Virus record (IMG/VR): IMGVR_UViG_3300027969_000040
Reading direction: 5' to 3' (one strand)
DNA: 64,000 nucleotides
From: a virus
Lineage: Duplodnaviria > Caudoviricetes
The notes under the pieces were generated by a model. The model did not search any database. It was not told where the DNA came from and saw nothing but the letters and a program-made list of their open reading frames with translations. The position numbers were made by a program, and so were the translations under genes. Within the stretch, counting starts at the first letter, position 1. Each line of letters opens with the position of its first letter. Below, in pieces: positions 26,715-35,700 of the stretch.

Positions 26715-27884
26715 TTATTGGAACGATAGATTTTGTACAGCGATCTCAGATACGTAGTCACCTGCGTTGCCTAAAGAACTTGCTGTGTTTGTTAATTCAA
26801 CATATCCATAACGTGTCATGAAACCAACTACTGGCTCAAACGTTTGTGGATCAAGAACAACACCACTGCTCATCAATGGAACATATGGGCAATAGAATGC
26901 TGCTGCGTCAGCTTCGCTGGAACCTTTGTATCCAACTAGAACTGGCTTTTGGTCGTCAGCATAGCTGTCAACGAAAATACGCATTGCGCCATTCAATGTA
27001 CCAACAAACTTAGTGTTTGTAGGTGCTTCAAATGTACCTTCTGTAGTGCGAGCAAAAGCACTAGTTGTAGCAGACTGTAGCACAGTTAGTGCAGCAGATG
27101 AAACAACAGCCCAGTTTGCAGCGCCACGACGTGTACGTTGTGCAATTGAGTTAGCTGCGCGGTTAATTAAAACAGCTAGAGCAGCATGCTCGTCACCAAC
27201 GAATGTTGCGGTTCCGGATACAGCAGCCTGATTGTAATAGAATTCAGTTGCAGCTAGTGAGCGCAATGATGCTAAAACTTCTTGGTCAATTTCAACTGTA
27301 ATTTCTTGTGCTAGAGCAGCCATGATTTCTGCCTCAACATCCAAACCGTGCATAGCTTGTGCGTCTTGAGCAGCTTCAAATGTCCAACGAGCAGATAGCT
27401 TACGAGTACGAGCCTCAACTACTTGCTTCAAGATTTGAACATTGATACGATTTCCTGGTACACCTTCTAATGCACTTGTTGAATATGCTCTTGATGTTGC
27501 TGGGTTACCAGAATATGCTGTAGCAATTTTGAATGGGCTTAGTGCTTCGTCGCCAACGCTAGCGCCATCGTTTCCTGCGGAAACATTATCAGCATAACGA
27601 ACACGTAGAGTGTGGATCTGTGCAACAGGTCCGGTCATTGGTTGTACACCAACGATTTCGTTAGCAATAACGGTAGGCATTACACGACGAATAACTGGAA
27701 GAATTACACGGTTAAGTGTAGACATATTTCCAGATGTTGTTGCACCAGTGCTTGCTGTCTCAGCTAGATTTCTGCGAGTATTTTCTAGGATAATACTCAT
27801 TGTTGTGCGGCGTGATCCTTGTAGACCTTCTAGCAGGGCATCTTTAGTTTCGCCCCAACGGCCTTCTAATAGTTCTTGTGTCAT
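26715..27884 (-). CDS. gp23: Major capsid protein, T4 gp23 family (389 aa)
   Basis: LPVIRRVMPTVIANEIVGVQPMTGP, VEARTRKLSARWTFEAAQD, EITVEIDQE, VGYKGSSEADAAAFYCPYVPL, DPQTFEPVVGFMTRYG. Confidence 0.97.
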   Translation of the reverse strand: MTQELLEGRWGETKDALLEGLQGSRRTTMSIILENTRRNLAETASTGATTSGNMSTLNRVILPVIRRVMPTVIANEIVGVQPMTGPVAQIHTLRVRYADNVSAGNDGASVGDEALSPFKIATAYSGNPATSRAYSTSALEGVPGNRINVQILKQVVEARTRKLSARWTFEAAQDAQAMHGLDVEAEIMAALAQEITVEIDQEVLASLRSLAATEFYYNQAAVSGTATFVGDEHAALAVLINRAANSIAQRTRRGAANWAVVSSAALTVLQSATTSAFARTTEGTFEAPTNTKFVGTLNGAMRIFVDSYADDQKPVLVGYKGSSEADAAAFYCPYVPLMSSGVVLDPQTFEPVVGFMTRYGYVELTNTASSLGNAGDYVSEIAVQNLSFQ

Positions 27885-27910
27885 TTTCTTTCCTTTAAGG
27901 TTTAACTATA

Positions 27911-29005
27911 TTATTTTAACCCTGCTAATCGACGTAACTCAACAACATTAGTGTTGGATTGAGTTGTCACTTTAGCAGTCTTATCTCCAGTTACTGCAAC
28001 ATGTCCTTCATTTAGAGTAGTCGTAGACTTCTCTTTTGTAGAACTTGATGTTAGTACTGCTGGAAGATACTTATCAAATGCCGACTTTAATTTATCAGTC
28101 TGCACGTTTTCAAGAAGTTCGCGCATTACCACTTGCTTCTCGCGGGTAAGAGTACCCAATAATCCAGAAATTACTTCCTTACGATTAATACTCTCAGTAA
28201 TCACGCGAATTTCGCGATCTTTCGATTCAACAAGCTGACGTGTATCAACTGCGGCTTTAGAAGCCTCATTGATTTGTGCTTGTTGTTGATTAATAACTTG
28301 TTTTAGTTTTTGCAATTCGCGATTTTCATTAAGATGAGTCAATGAAAATTCACCAGCAAAAGCTTCGAATATACGACGGCCAAACATGTTCTCACGAGCA
28401 AGTTGAATGTCTTCTTTGAGTTGTGATAGTTCAGCACCTAGTTTTGTAGTCACTGATTCTTTAACAAGTTGTGCGCTGCTAGCAATGAAACGTTTTTGTA
28501 ATTCGCTAATTTTTTCTCTAGCTTCTGCAACTAGTTTAACTTTAGTTTCGATTACGGCTTGTTTGTCTTGCGCAAATTCTCTAATTTCTCCCGCCAATGA
28601 GCGAACAATGAATTGTTCCAGACGACGATAGTTTTCAGTTTGAATTTTGCGGTCTTTGTGCAACTCTTTAATTTCTTCAGCTAGTTTAGTAGCCATGAAA
28701 TTATTGAATCTGCCAGCACTTTCCATCATGTGGTTTTTAACACGCACACGATCTTCTACTACAGCTTGTTTTTCGCCAACAAATTCTTCAATTTCTTTAG
28801 CGAGACTTTCAGTAACCATTTTGTCTAGGGCTTCTACCATTACTTGTTTGTCATGATTGTAGCGACTAGCCATTTCTTCGCGCAATTCGGCACGAATACT
28901 TTCACGAGCTTCGTTCAACTTGGTTTCCCAAGCTTCGCTGATAGCTGTACGAGTTTCCTCGTTAACAATGCCACTATCTAATAATGGTTTGATAGCATCA
29001 AACAT
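27911..29005 (-). CDS. gp22: Prohead scaffolding/core protein, T4 gp22-like (364 aa)
   Basis: Coiled-coil, Glu/Lys-rich (EAWETKLNEARESIRAELREE); lies between protease and MCP as in T4. Confidence 0.85.
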   Translation of the reverse strand: MFDAIKPLLDSGIVNEETRTAISEAWETKLNEARESIRAELREEMASRYNHDKQVMVEALDKMVTESLAKEIEEFVGEKQAVVEDRVRVKNHMMESAGRFNNFMATKLAEEIKELHKDRKIQTENYRRLEQFIVRSLAGEIREFAQDKQAVIETKVKLVAEAREKISELQKRFIASSAQLVKESVTTKLGAELSQLKEDIQLARENMFGRRIFEAFAGEFSLTHLNENRELQKLKQVINQQQAQINEASKAAVDTRQLVESKDREIRVITESINRKEVISGLLGTLTREKQVVMRELLENVQTDKLKSAFDKYLPAVLTSSSTKEKSTTTLNEGHVAVTGDKTAKVTTQSNTNVVELRRLAGLK

Positions 29006-29017
29006 AATAGCTTTCTC

Positions 29018-29653
29018 CTATAATTTTAAGTCTTTGATCAAGCGAGTTACCTGCTCTTTCAAATACTTTTGCACTTTTTTGTCGTCCTGAGCATCACGAG
29101 CTATTTCTAGCGCCTTGTGCCCATGCTTCATATTAAACAAACCTTCATAGATGGCTGTTGGATATGCATGTGGCGCACTAGGTTGTGCTACAATGTCAAC
29201 TGTGACTATCTCGAATTCACTGACGTGCCCAGTGCCTTCGCTGACGTTACCGCTACCGCGGCTTGAAACACCTAATTTAACACCACTTTCTAACATGGTT
29301 CGGACTAACTGTCCCATAGGTGTTGGTAGAATCTTTAACTTGCCGCAGCCTGCAGGACCATCCATCCACATTTGTTCAATCATGTGGCTGACACGGTCCA
29401 AATTAATTTTTAAATCATCTGGGTGATCTACTTCGCCTAGGACGCTGTAGCCACCTTTGATTTGCTCATTAATCTCTGACACTGCTTTGGTAATTTCATT
29501 AACAGGGTAAATACGCTCGTTTAGATTTCTTACGCCGCCTTCAATGAAAATACCTTTCATGTAGCACTCTTTGACTGAGCCAGACTTGCTATCCTCGTAG
29601 AGGACTTCCATGCCAGCACGGTCAAAGGTAAGATTTTCTTTTAAATAAGCCAT
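29018..29653 (-). CDS. gp21: Prohead core protease, T4 gp21 family (211 aa)
   Basis: GIFIEGGVRNLNERIYP, LGEVDHPDDLKINLDRVSHMI, LGVSSRGSG, VDIVAQPSAPHAY. Confidence 0.97.
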   Translation of the reverse strand: MAYLKENLTFDRAGMEVLYEDSKSGSVKECYMKGIFIEGGVRNLNERIYPVNEITKAVSEINEQIKGGYSVLGEVDHPDDLKINLDRVSHMIEQMWMDGPAGCGKLKILPTPMGQLVRTMLESGVKLGVSSRGSGNVSEGTGHVSEFEIVTVDIVAQPSAPHAYPTAIYEGLFNMKHGHKALEIARDAQDDKKVQKYLKEQVTRLIKDLKL

Positions 29654-29662
29654 TATAACTAA

Positions 29663-30598
29663 TTAACGAGTGGTTTTACGTGCTACTTTACGTGACTCAG
29701 CTACTACGCTGCCTTTAGCAACCGGAACTGAACCATCGGTAGTTTGTCCTTCTTTGCCATGATTCTTTTCATAGCTAGTTTCATTCTTGTTGAAGAACTT
29801 GTTAGCACCATTGCCGCCAGGAATATTAACATTGCGTTTAGCGATGTCATTTTCTGTAGCACCTTTGCTATATGCATTGTTTGGCTTAGTATAAGCCTTA
29901 CCTTCAGGTGCCGCTTCCGATCCACCTTGGGCAATATTTTTGTTAGTTCCACCCATGTTGTTCTTAGGTTGATTTAGGCTTTTAGAATTAACAGGGGTAC
30001 TACCACCACTACTGCCAATTAGTTTGCCTTCAGATCCGCCCTTTTTTTCAGCGCCATGACCGTCTTTAACCGGAATAACATATTCCATCAATTCTGAATC
30101 ATCTGGCCCATGCATGCTGTGCATACTTACATCACCATGTACGCCTGGCTCGCCGTCTTCTTCATTTTCTTCGCCAGCAATGATTTTATCAAACTTTGCT
30201 TGCAATTCGTCTAATTCTGCTTCTAGACCCATAACACGATTGGACAAATCTTCTTCGCCTTCTTCGCCGCCGAATGGGTTTTCTTCGCCGCCTTCGCTGC
30301 CTTCTTCGCCGCCTTCTTCGTCGCCAAATGGGTTTTCTTCACCAGAGTCAGAATCTGACGATGGCATTTCCATTTCGCCTTCCTCTTCATCTTGTTCTTC
30401 GCTCATACCAAGGTGATCATTGGAAATTTCGTCTACTAGATCGTCTACACCGTTTGATTCGCCATGTGGGCTAACTTCATCGATTAGATTTTCATAAATT
30501 GATCTTGATTTTTCAACAACGATTTGGTGAAAAAGTTCACGTGCTTTGTCTTCTTGCTCATTGATGATATATTCAATTAGCTTTTCAAATTGGTTCAT
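29663..30598 (-). CDS. Acidic low-complexity prohead core/internal protein (about 311 aa)
   Basis: AAGGAG 6 nt before ATG 30598 (MNQFEKLIEY; track used GTG 30631). It has an Asp/Glu/Gly-rich centre and a K/G/N-rich tail and sits between portal and protease. Confidence 0.6.
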   Translation of the reverse strand: MNQFEKLIEYIINEQEDKARELFHQIVVEKSRSIYENLIDEVSPHGESNGVDDLVDEISNDHLGMSEEQDEEEGEMEMPSSDSDSGEENPFGDEEGGEEGSEGGEENPFGGEEGEEDLSNRVMGLEAELDELQAKFDKIIAGEENEEDGEPGVHGDVSMHSMHGPDDSELMEYVIPVKDGHGAEKKGGSEGKLIGSSGGSTPVNSKSLNQPKNNMGGTNKNIAQGGSEAAPEGKAYTKPNNAYSKGATENDIAKRNVNIPGGNGANKFFNKNETSYEKNHGKEGQTTDGSVPVAKGSVVAESRKVARKTTR

Positions 30599-30651
30599 AG
30601 GAGGCTCCTTGTAATTATGTGAGTTAACCACATTATGTGGTCGCTTAATGA

Positions 30652-30658
30652 TATTTAC
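30652..30658 (-). promoter_or_regulatory. Variant late promoter core GTAAATA heading the core-protease-scaffold-MCP unit
   Basis: tatttac on the + strand, flanked by two palindromes (30628-30640 and 30658-30677). Confidence 0.5.
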
Positions 30659-30709
30659 ATAATATCGTAATATTATGCGTTAAATGGCGGTTTTTTGACG
30701 GTTTTTAAA

Positions 30710-30940
30710 TTAAAGACCAGGCATTCCAGCTGCTGCTGGAGGCTTGTACTGCTTTGCTACGTCTTCAACTTCTTGTTGACGTTCAAATGTACGTAGGTCA
30801 TTCATAACTCTCAGGCGTTTAATTTGTAGTAGAGTTAATCGGCTTTTACGAGAATCTGTCATTTTTTTAACAGATTGGTCATCATTTTCAGAGCTGTAGC
30901 CTTCAGCTGAATTAGTACTAAAAAATTCGGTTATAAACAT
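30710..30940 (-). CDS. Small protein in the head module (76 aa)
   Basis: ORF track; late promoter at 30947-30953; RKSRLTLLQIKRLRVMND basic helix. Confidence 0.7.
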   Translation of the reverse strand: MFITEFFSTNSAEGYSSENDDQSVKKMTDSRKSRLTLLQIKRLRVMNDLRTFERQQEVEDVAKQYKPPAAAGMPGL

Positions 30941-30946
30941 ATATGA

Positions 30947-30953
30947 TATTTAT
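30947..30953 (-). promoter_or_regulatory. Late promoter core ATAAATA
   Basis: tatttat 6 nt upstream of the ATG at 30940 (near-leaderless). Confidence 0.55.
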
Positions 30954-30968
30954 CAAACGAATTAAAAA

Positions 30969-32720
30969 TTATACCACACCCGGCATCGGAGCATTTGCCC
31001 CGCCTCCAATTGGGGTCGCACCACCACCTGCGCCCACTCCAGCAGCACCGGGCATACCGCCGGGCATACCGCCGGGCATACCGAGATCGCCGCCAGGCAT
31101 ACTGCCATCTAATCCGGGTAATGCTTCGGCATTAGTCATATCACCGCTGATTGCACCCGGTGTTATGCCTACACTACGTAAACCAACATCATTTGCATCA
31201 CCGGCAGTTTTTGTTTCCCCTTGCTCTTCGAGCCATGCTTCTTCGTTTTCGGACATCTCTTGTTCGTTTAGTCCCAAATAACGTTTCATTAAGAATCTCT
31301 TAGAGAAATACGGATATTGCTCTAGCTGCGTATATGTATTGATACGTGCTGCATCAACTTCTGTTTGCCGATATTGTGCAAAATTCTGCGGTTCGTTAAG
31401 ATCTAATGTAAACAATTGACTGTCTATATTAATACCTCTCCAACGCATAAACATCTTAAATTCGTTGTCTAGTTTACCAACAATCATGTTTTGTAATCTG
31501 ACACAATAACGATTAAAACGCCACTCTTGAATTAAAGCAGTACCCACTCTACCGTCAGTAATTGATGCTGTTCCGTCATCTGCACCAGTTGGTAAGTAGC
31601 TGCTAGGAATACGCAAGCCACGGAATAACTTGTTAGTAAAGAAGCGCAAGTCGGTGATTTCACCTAAATTCTGCCCACCTTGCAATACTTCAACTTTGCT
31701 ACCACGGCCTTCGGCTGTTTGTGGAAAGAAAAAGTCTTCGTTAGTGGATATAGGATTGTATGTAGCATCCATCATATTTGCGCCGCCTCCAGTCTGGCTA
31801 GGGATTCTACGTTGTTGAATTTCGTTTTTAACACGCTCAACAAATGCCATGGCCATATGACTTGGCATATTACCAACGTCTACATAAAATGCTCTACGCT
31901 CTGGCGCACGTTGCACACGATAAATGATAATAGCATCTTCGATAAGTTCTTTTTGTTTAAACACTTTAAAAATGTTTTCTAATACGCTATTACCAAAAGG
32001 CCAATTAACATCAAGCCCTTCAGTTAAACTTAAATGTACTATATGTTCTGCATTTATTGCAGATTCGTTTTGTGCTTTTTGGAATCTGCTACCACCTGTA
32101 TAAGGTGCAGCAGGTTGTATATAAGAACCGTTTGCTCCACCTACTTGCGGATGGTTTGAATATACATCAGAAGTGCTTACCGCAGTCACAGTTAAATTTT
32201 GAAAATTGGGTTGTATATCTTTTAAAATATATTGTTCAGGTTCTTTGCCTTGCGTTTCGTTTACAATAACCTTAACTACTTTACCCATTTCTACCCACAT
32301 GAGCTCAAATGTTTCTGGGTCGCGCACAAAGACTTGATCGCCGTATTTTAAAGTATTTCTAACAATTTTAAATATTCTTCTATTAAATTCGTTTAACGAT
32401 ACCCATTGTTGTAATTGCTCTTTAATAATGTCAACTTCATTATCTGTTGGTTTTTCTTTGTAATTTAATTTAAACGGTAGTCCAGTGGTTGCATCAGGTT
32501 GGCTACTAAATTCAGCTAGAATGTCCAATGCTGCATTAACTTCCGAGTCCTGATCCATTTGTTCGTATTGATTATATCTTTCAAGACGATTTGGATGCCC
32601 AACATATACCTCTGGTAAATTACTTTGATAATTCCTGTACGAAGGGGTATTCCCAGATTGCAACGGCACAGGACTAAGCATTGCTGGGTTTGGCGATTTA
32701 AAGTATTTTTTCCAAGACAT
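30969..32720 (-). CDS. gp20: Portal vertex protein, T4 gp20 family (583 aa)
   Basis: DSEVNAALD, IEDAIIIYRVQRAPERRAFYVDVGNMP, EDFFFPQTAEGRGSKVEVLQGGQNLGEITDLRFF, LFRGLRIPSSYL. Confidence 0.97.
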   Translation of the reverse strand: MSWKKYFKSPNPAMLSPVPLQSGNTPSYRNYQSNLPEVYVGHPNRLERYNQYEQMDQDSEVNAALDILAEFSSQPDATTGLPFKLNYKEKPTDNEVDIIKEQLQQWVSLNEFNRRIFKIVRNTLKYGDQVFVRDPETFELMWVEMGKVVKVIVNETQGKEPEQYILKDIQPNFQNLTVTAVSTSDVYSNHPQVGGANGSYIQPAAPYTGGSRFQKAQNESAINAEHIVHLSLTEGLDVNWPFGNSVLENIFKVFKQKELIEDAIIIYRVQRAPERRAFYVDVGNMPSHMAMAFVERVKNEIQQRRIPSQTGGGANMMDATYNPISTNEDFFFPQTAEGRGSKVEVLQGGQNLGEITDLRFFTNKLFRGLRIPSSYLPTGADDGTASITDGRVGTALIQEWRFNRYCVRLQNMIVGKLDNEFKMFMRWRGINIDSQLFTLDLNEPQNFAQYRQTEVDAARINTYTQLEQYPYFSKRFLMKRYLGLNEQEMSENEEAWLEEQGETKTAGDANDVGLRSVGITPGAISGDMTNAEALPGLDGSMPGGDLGMPGGMPGGMPGAAGVGAGGGATPIGGGANAPMPGVV

Positions 32721-32745
32721 TTTTAATGGATCTCTCTATTAACTA

Positions 32746-32752
32746 TATTTAT
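32746..32752 (-). promoter_or_regulatory. Late promoter core ATAAATA
   Basis: tatttat upstream of the portal ATG. Confidence 0.6.
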
Positions 32753-32775
32753 TAGTAATGATATAGCGTTATGTT

Positions 32776-35700
32776 TTAATATGCTGCATTTAATAACTGT
32801 CGGGTGTTATTATTGCCTTCGGCCAGTAAATTTATTAAATTATCAGTTTTTGATATGTTAGTTTCTAGTGCTAGTAGTTGTTTACTTACTAATTCAAGTA
32901 ACTGCTGCTGGTCAGACCCAATTGGGGCAGTTACCGGCTCGTTTGTTAAAGATTTTGACTGTACTTGACTTGTTTTTTCTGCTTGAACATTTTTCTCTCT
33001 AAGTTCACTAACCATGTTGGATAATGCATTATCTAATTGCTGATTACTATCAACTATTAATGATTTTGACATACTATCAAAACTCTTGTCAATTTGATTT
33101 GTTGAATCAAGATTTGTCAATAACAATTGTGATGTATTTTTATCAGTTGATGCACCCAATGCTAACATTTGATCAAATGTTTTTTGTATCGTTGGCAAAC
33201 CCAAATCTGATTGATTAGTTGCCACTGAATTAAACATTTTGTCAGTTAATGTTTGAAATTGTGTAGACTGGTCAATTGATTGTTTATTCGACGTACTACC
33301 AAAATTAAGTAACTGACTTAACATATTTTGCATCGTTGACATTAATGTAGTAGATTGTGTACTATCTGCTTTTGTATTATTACCAAATGCATCAATTGAA
33401 GATGTTAGTCGGCCAACTTGATCTGTAAACTGCGAATCGGGCAACTTAATGGCACCAGTCATCTGCTCAATCGACGCTTTTAATTGACCAGTCTGATCAG
33501 CAAATTGTGCATCTGGTGTTTTAATAGCACCAGTCATCTGATTGATAGACGCTTTTAATTGCTCTGTTTGATTAGTAAACTGTGTGTCGGGCGCTTTAAT
33601 AATTCCCGCCATTGAATCAATTGATGTCTTCAATTGCCCAGTCTGATCAGCAAATTGTGCGTTAGGTGACTTAATAACACCCGACATCTGACCAATTGAT
33701 GTTTTTAATTGTCCAACTTGATCTGCAAATTGTGCGTCGGGTGCTTTAATAGACTCTGACATTGAATCAATTGATGTTTTTAATTGAACTGTTTGCTCTG
33801 CAAATTGTGCAGCTGGCAACTTAGTAGCACTAGACATCGAATCAATTGATGTTTTTAATTGTTCAGTTTGATCGGCAAATTGTTCCGTGGGGGCTTTAAT
33901 GATACTAGACATCGAATCAATTGATGTTTTTAATTGCCCAACTTGATCAGTAAACTGTGCAGTAGGAGATTTGATATCACTAGAAATCGAATCAATTGAA
34001 GTTTTTAATTGTTCAGTCTGATTAGCAAATTGGGCAGTGGGTAGCTTAATATCGCTAGACATCTGGTCAATTGATGTCTTTAATTGCCCAGTTTGATCAG
34101 CAAACTGTGCAGTGGGTAGCTTGATAGAGCCGGACATTTGATCAATTGAAGTTTTTAATTGCCCAACTTGATCAGTAAACTGTGCAGTGGGAGATTTGAT
34201 ATCACTAGACATCTGGTCAATTGATGTTTTTAATTGTCCAGTTTGATCAGCAAATTGGGCTGCGGGCAACTTAACAGAACCGGCCATTTGATCAATTGAT
34301 GCCGTTAATTGTGCTGCCTGATCTGCAAATTGTGTATTAGGCGTTTTAACAGAACCAATTAGTTGGTCAATTGAATTTTTTATTTGTACAACTTGGCTTG
34401 CAACTTGTGCACCGGGCGCATTTGAAGACCCAATCAATTGATCAATTGAAGTTTTTATTTGACTAGCCTGATCTGCAAATTGTTTATCCTGCCCGTCGGG
34501 TAATTTAACAGCAGTAGTTAATTGGTCAATTGAAGTTTTTATTTGTCCAGCTTGACCTGCAAATTGTGCATTTGGTGTATTAACTGAGCCAATTAACTGT
34601 GTAATTAAAGTTTTTATCTCGCTAGCCTGATTTGCAAATTGTGCATTAGGTGCGTTAACAGCACCAGTCAATTGATCCATTGAATTTTTTATCAAGTTAG
34701 CCTGATCTGCAAACTGTGTATTTTGTCCGTCGGGCAATTTAACAGCAGCAATTAATTGATCAATTGAAGTTTTTATTTCCCCGGCTTGATCAGCAAATTG
34801 CACATTAGGCAATTTGATAGCATCAATTAATTGACTAACTAGCCCTTGTAATTGAGTTGTTTGCCCTGTTGACTGTTGATCCATTGATTTACCAATGGTA
34901 GTCAATTGATCAATTGCTGCTTTTGTAACATCTGCATTATTTAATCTAGACATTTCTGCCAAATTCATTTGATCAAATATATTTTTAATCTGTGGCGCAA
35001 AATCACTAAACCCCGGTGGCATTAAAGATTCAACTTTAACATTAATATCTTTGTTTAGTATGTCAGCTAATTTATTTGCACCGCTTGATAACAAAGTCTG
35101 CAGAGAAGTACCAGCAGCAGACAAACTAACAAAAAACTCTTTAAATGGAGTTTGGCCTTGCTCATTTGCCAATGGTGCAGACATACTAGGAGTAGCTGCA
35201 TTAAGTCCTTTATTATATTCGTCAGTTTCTAATTCATTTAATACACGTTCGCCAGCATGTACCAATAAAATTCTGTTACTGGGTTCAGCAGCAGCACCGT
35301 AACGTTTACCTGTACCATCAAGTCTGGTATTCTTAGGAGAACTAAAGAAATCTACAATTCCGTCAAGAATTCCAGATTCAGGTTTAGTACCCCTTTGAGT
35401 AGGAACATCAGATCGTCTCCTCTCTTCTCTTCCCCGTTGTTCAAGGATCCTGGTTTCTTCTTTAATACGTTCTGCTTTAGCATCTTCGACTGTATTACCT
35501 GTTAGTTTTTTAGTTACATAATCAACTAGGCCAAATGTAAGAAAATTTGTTGCGTTTCCTGCCGATTCAATTCCACGTGCCGCACCCGAATTTGCTTTTT
35601 CGTACCATTTCATTTTATCCCAATTTTTACTGTCTTGGGCGTCTAATTTTGCTGTATCTGCTTCTTTTTTATCTTTAGTATCTTTGCTGCCAATTTCTTT

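Noticed and set aside
31020-31110. GC-rich short repeats (ccgggcataccg) at the portal 3' end
   Set aside because: They encode an ordinary low-complexity PGGM tail and are not a separate element.
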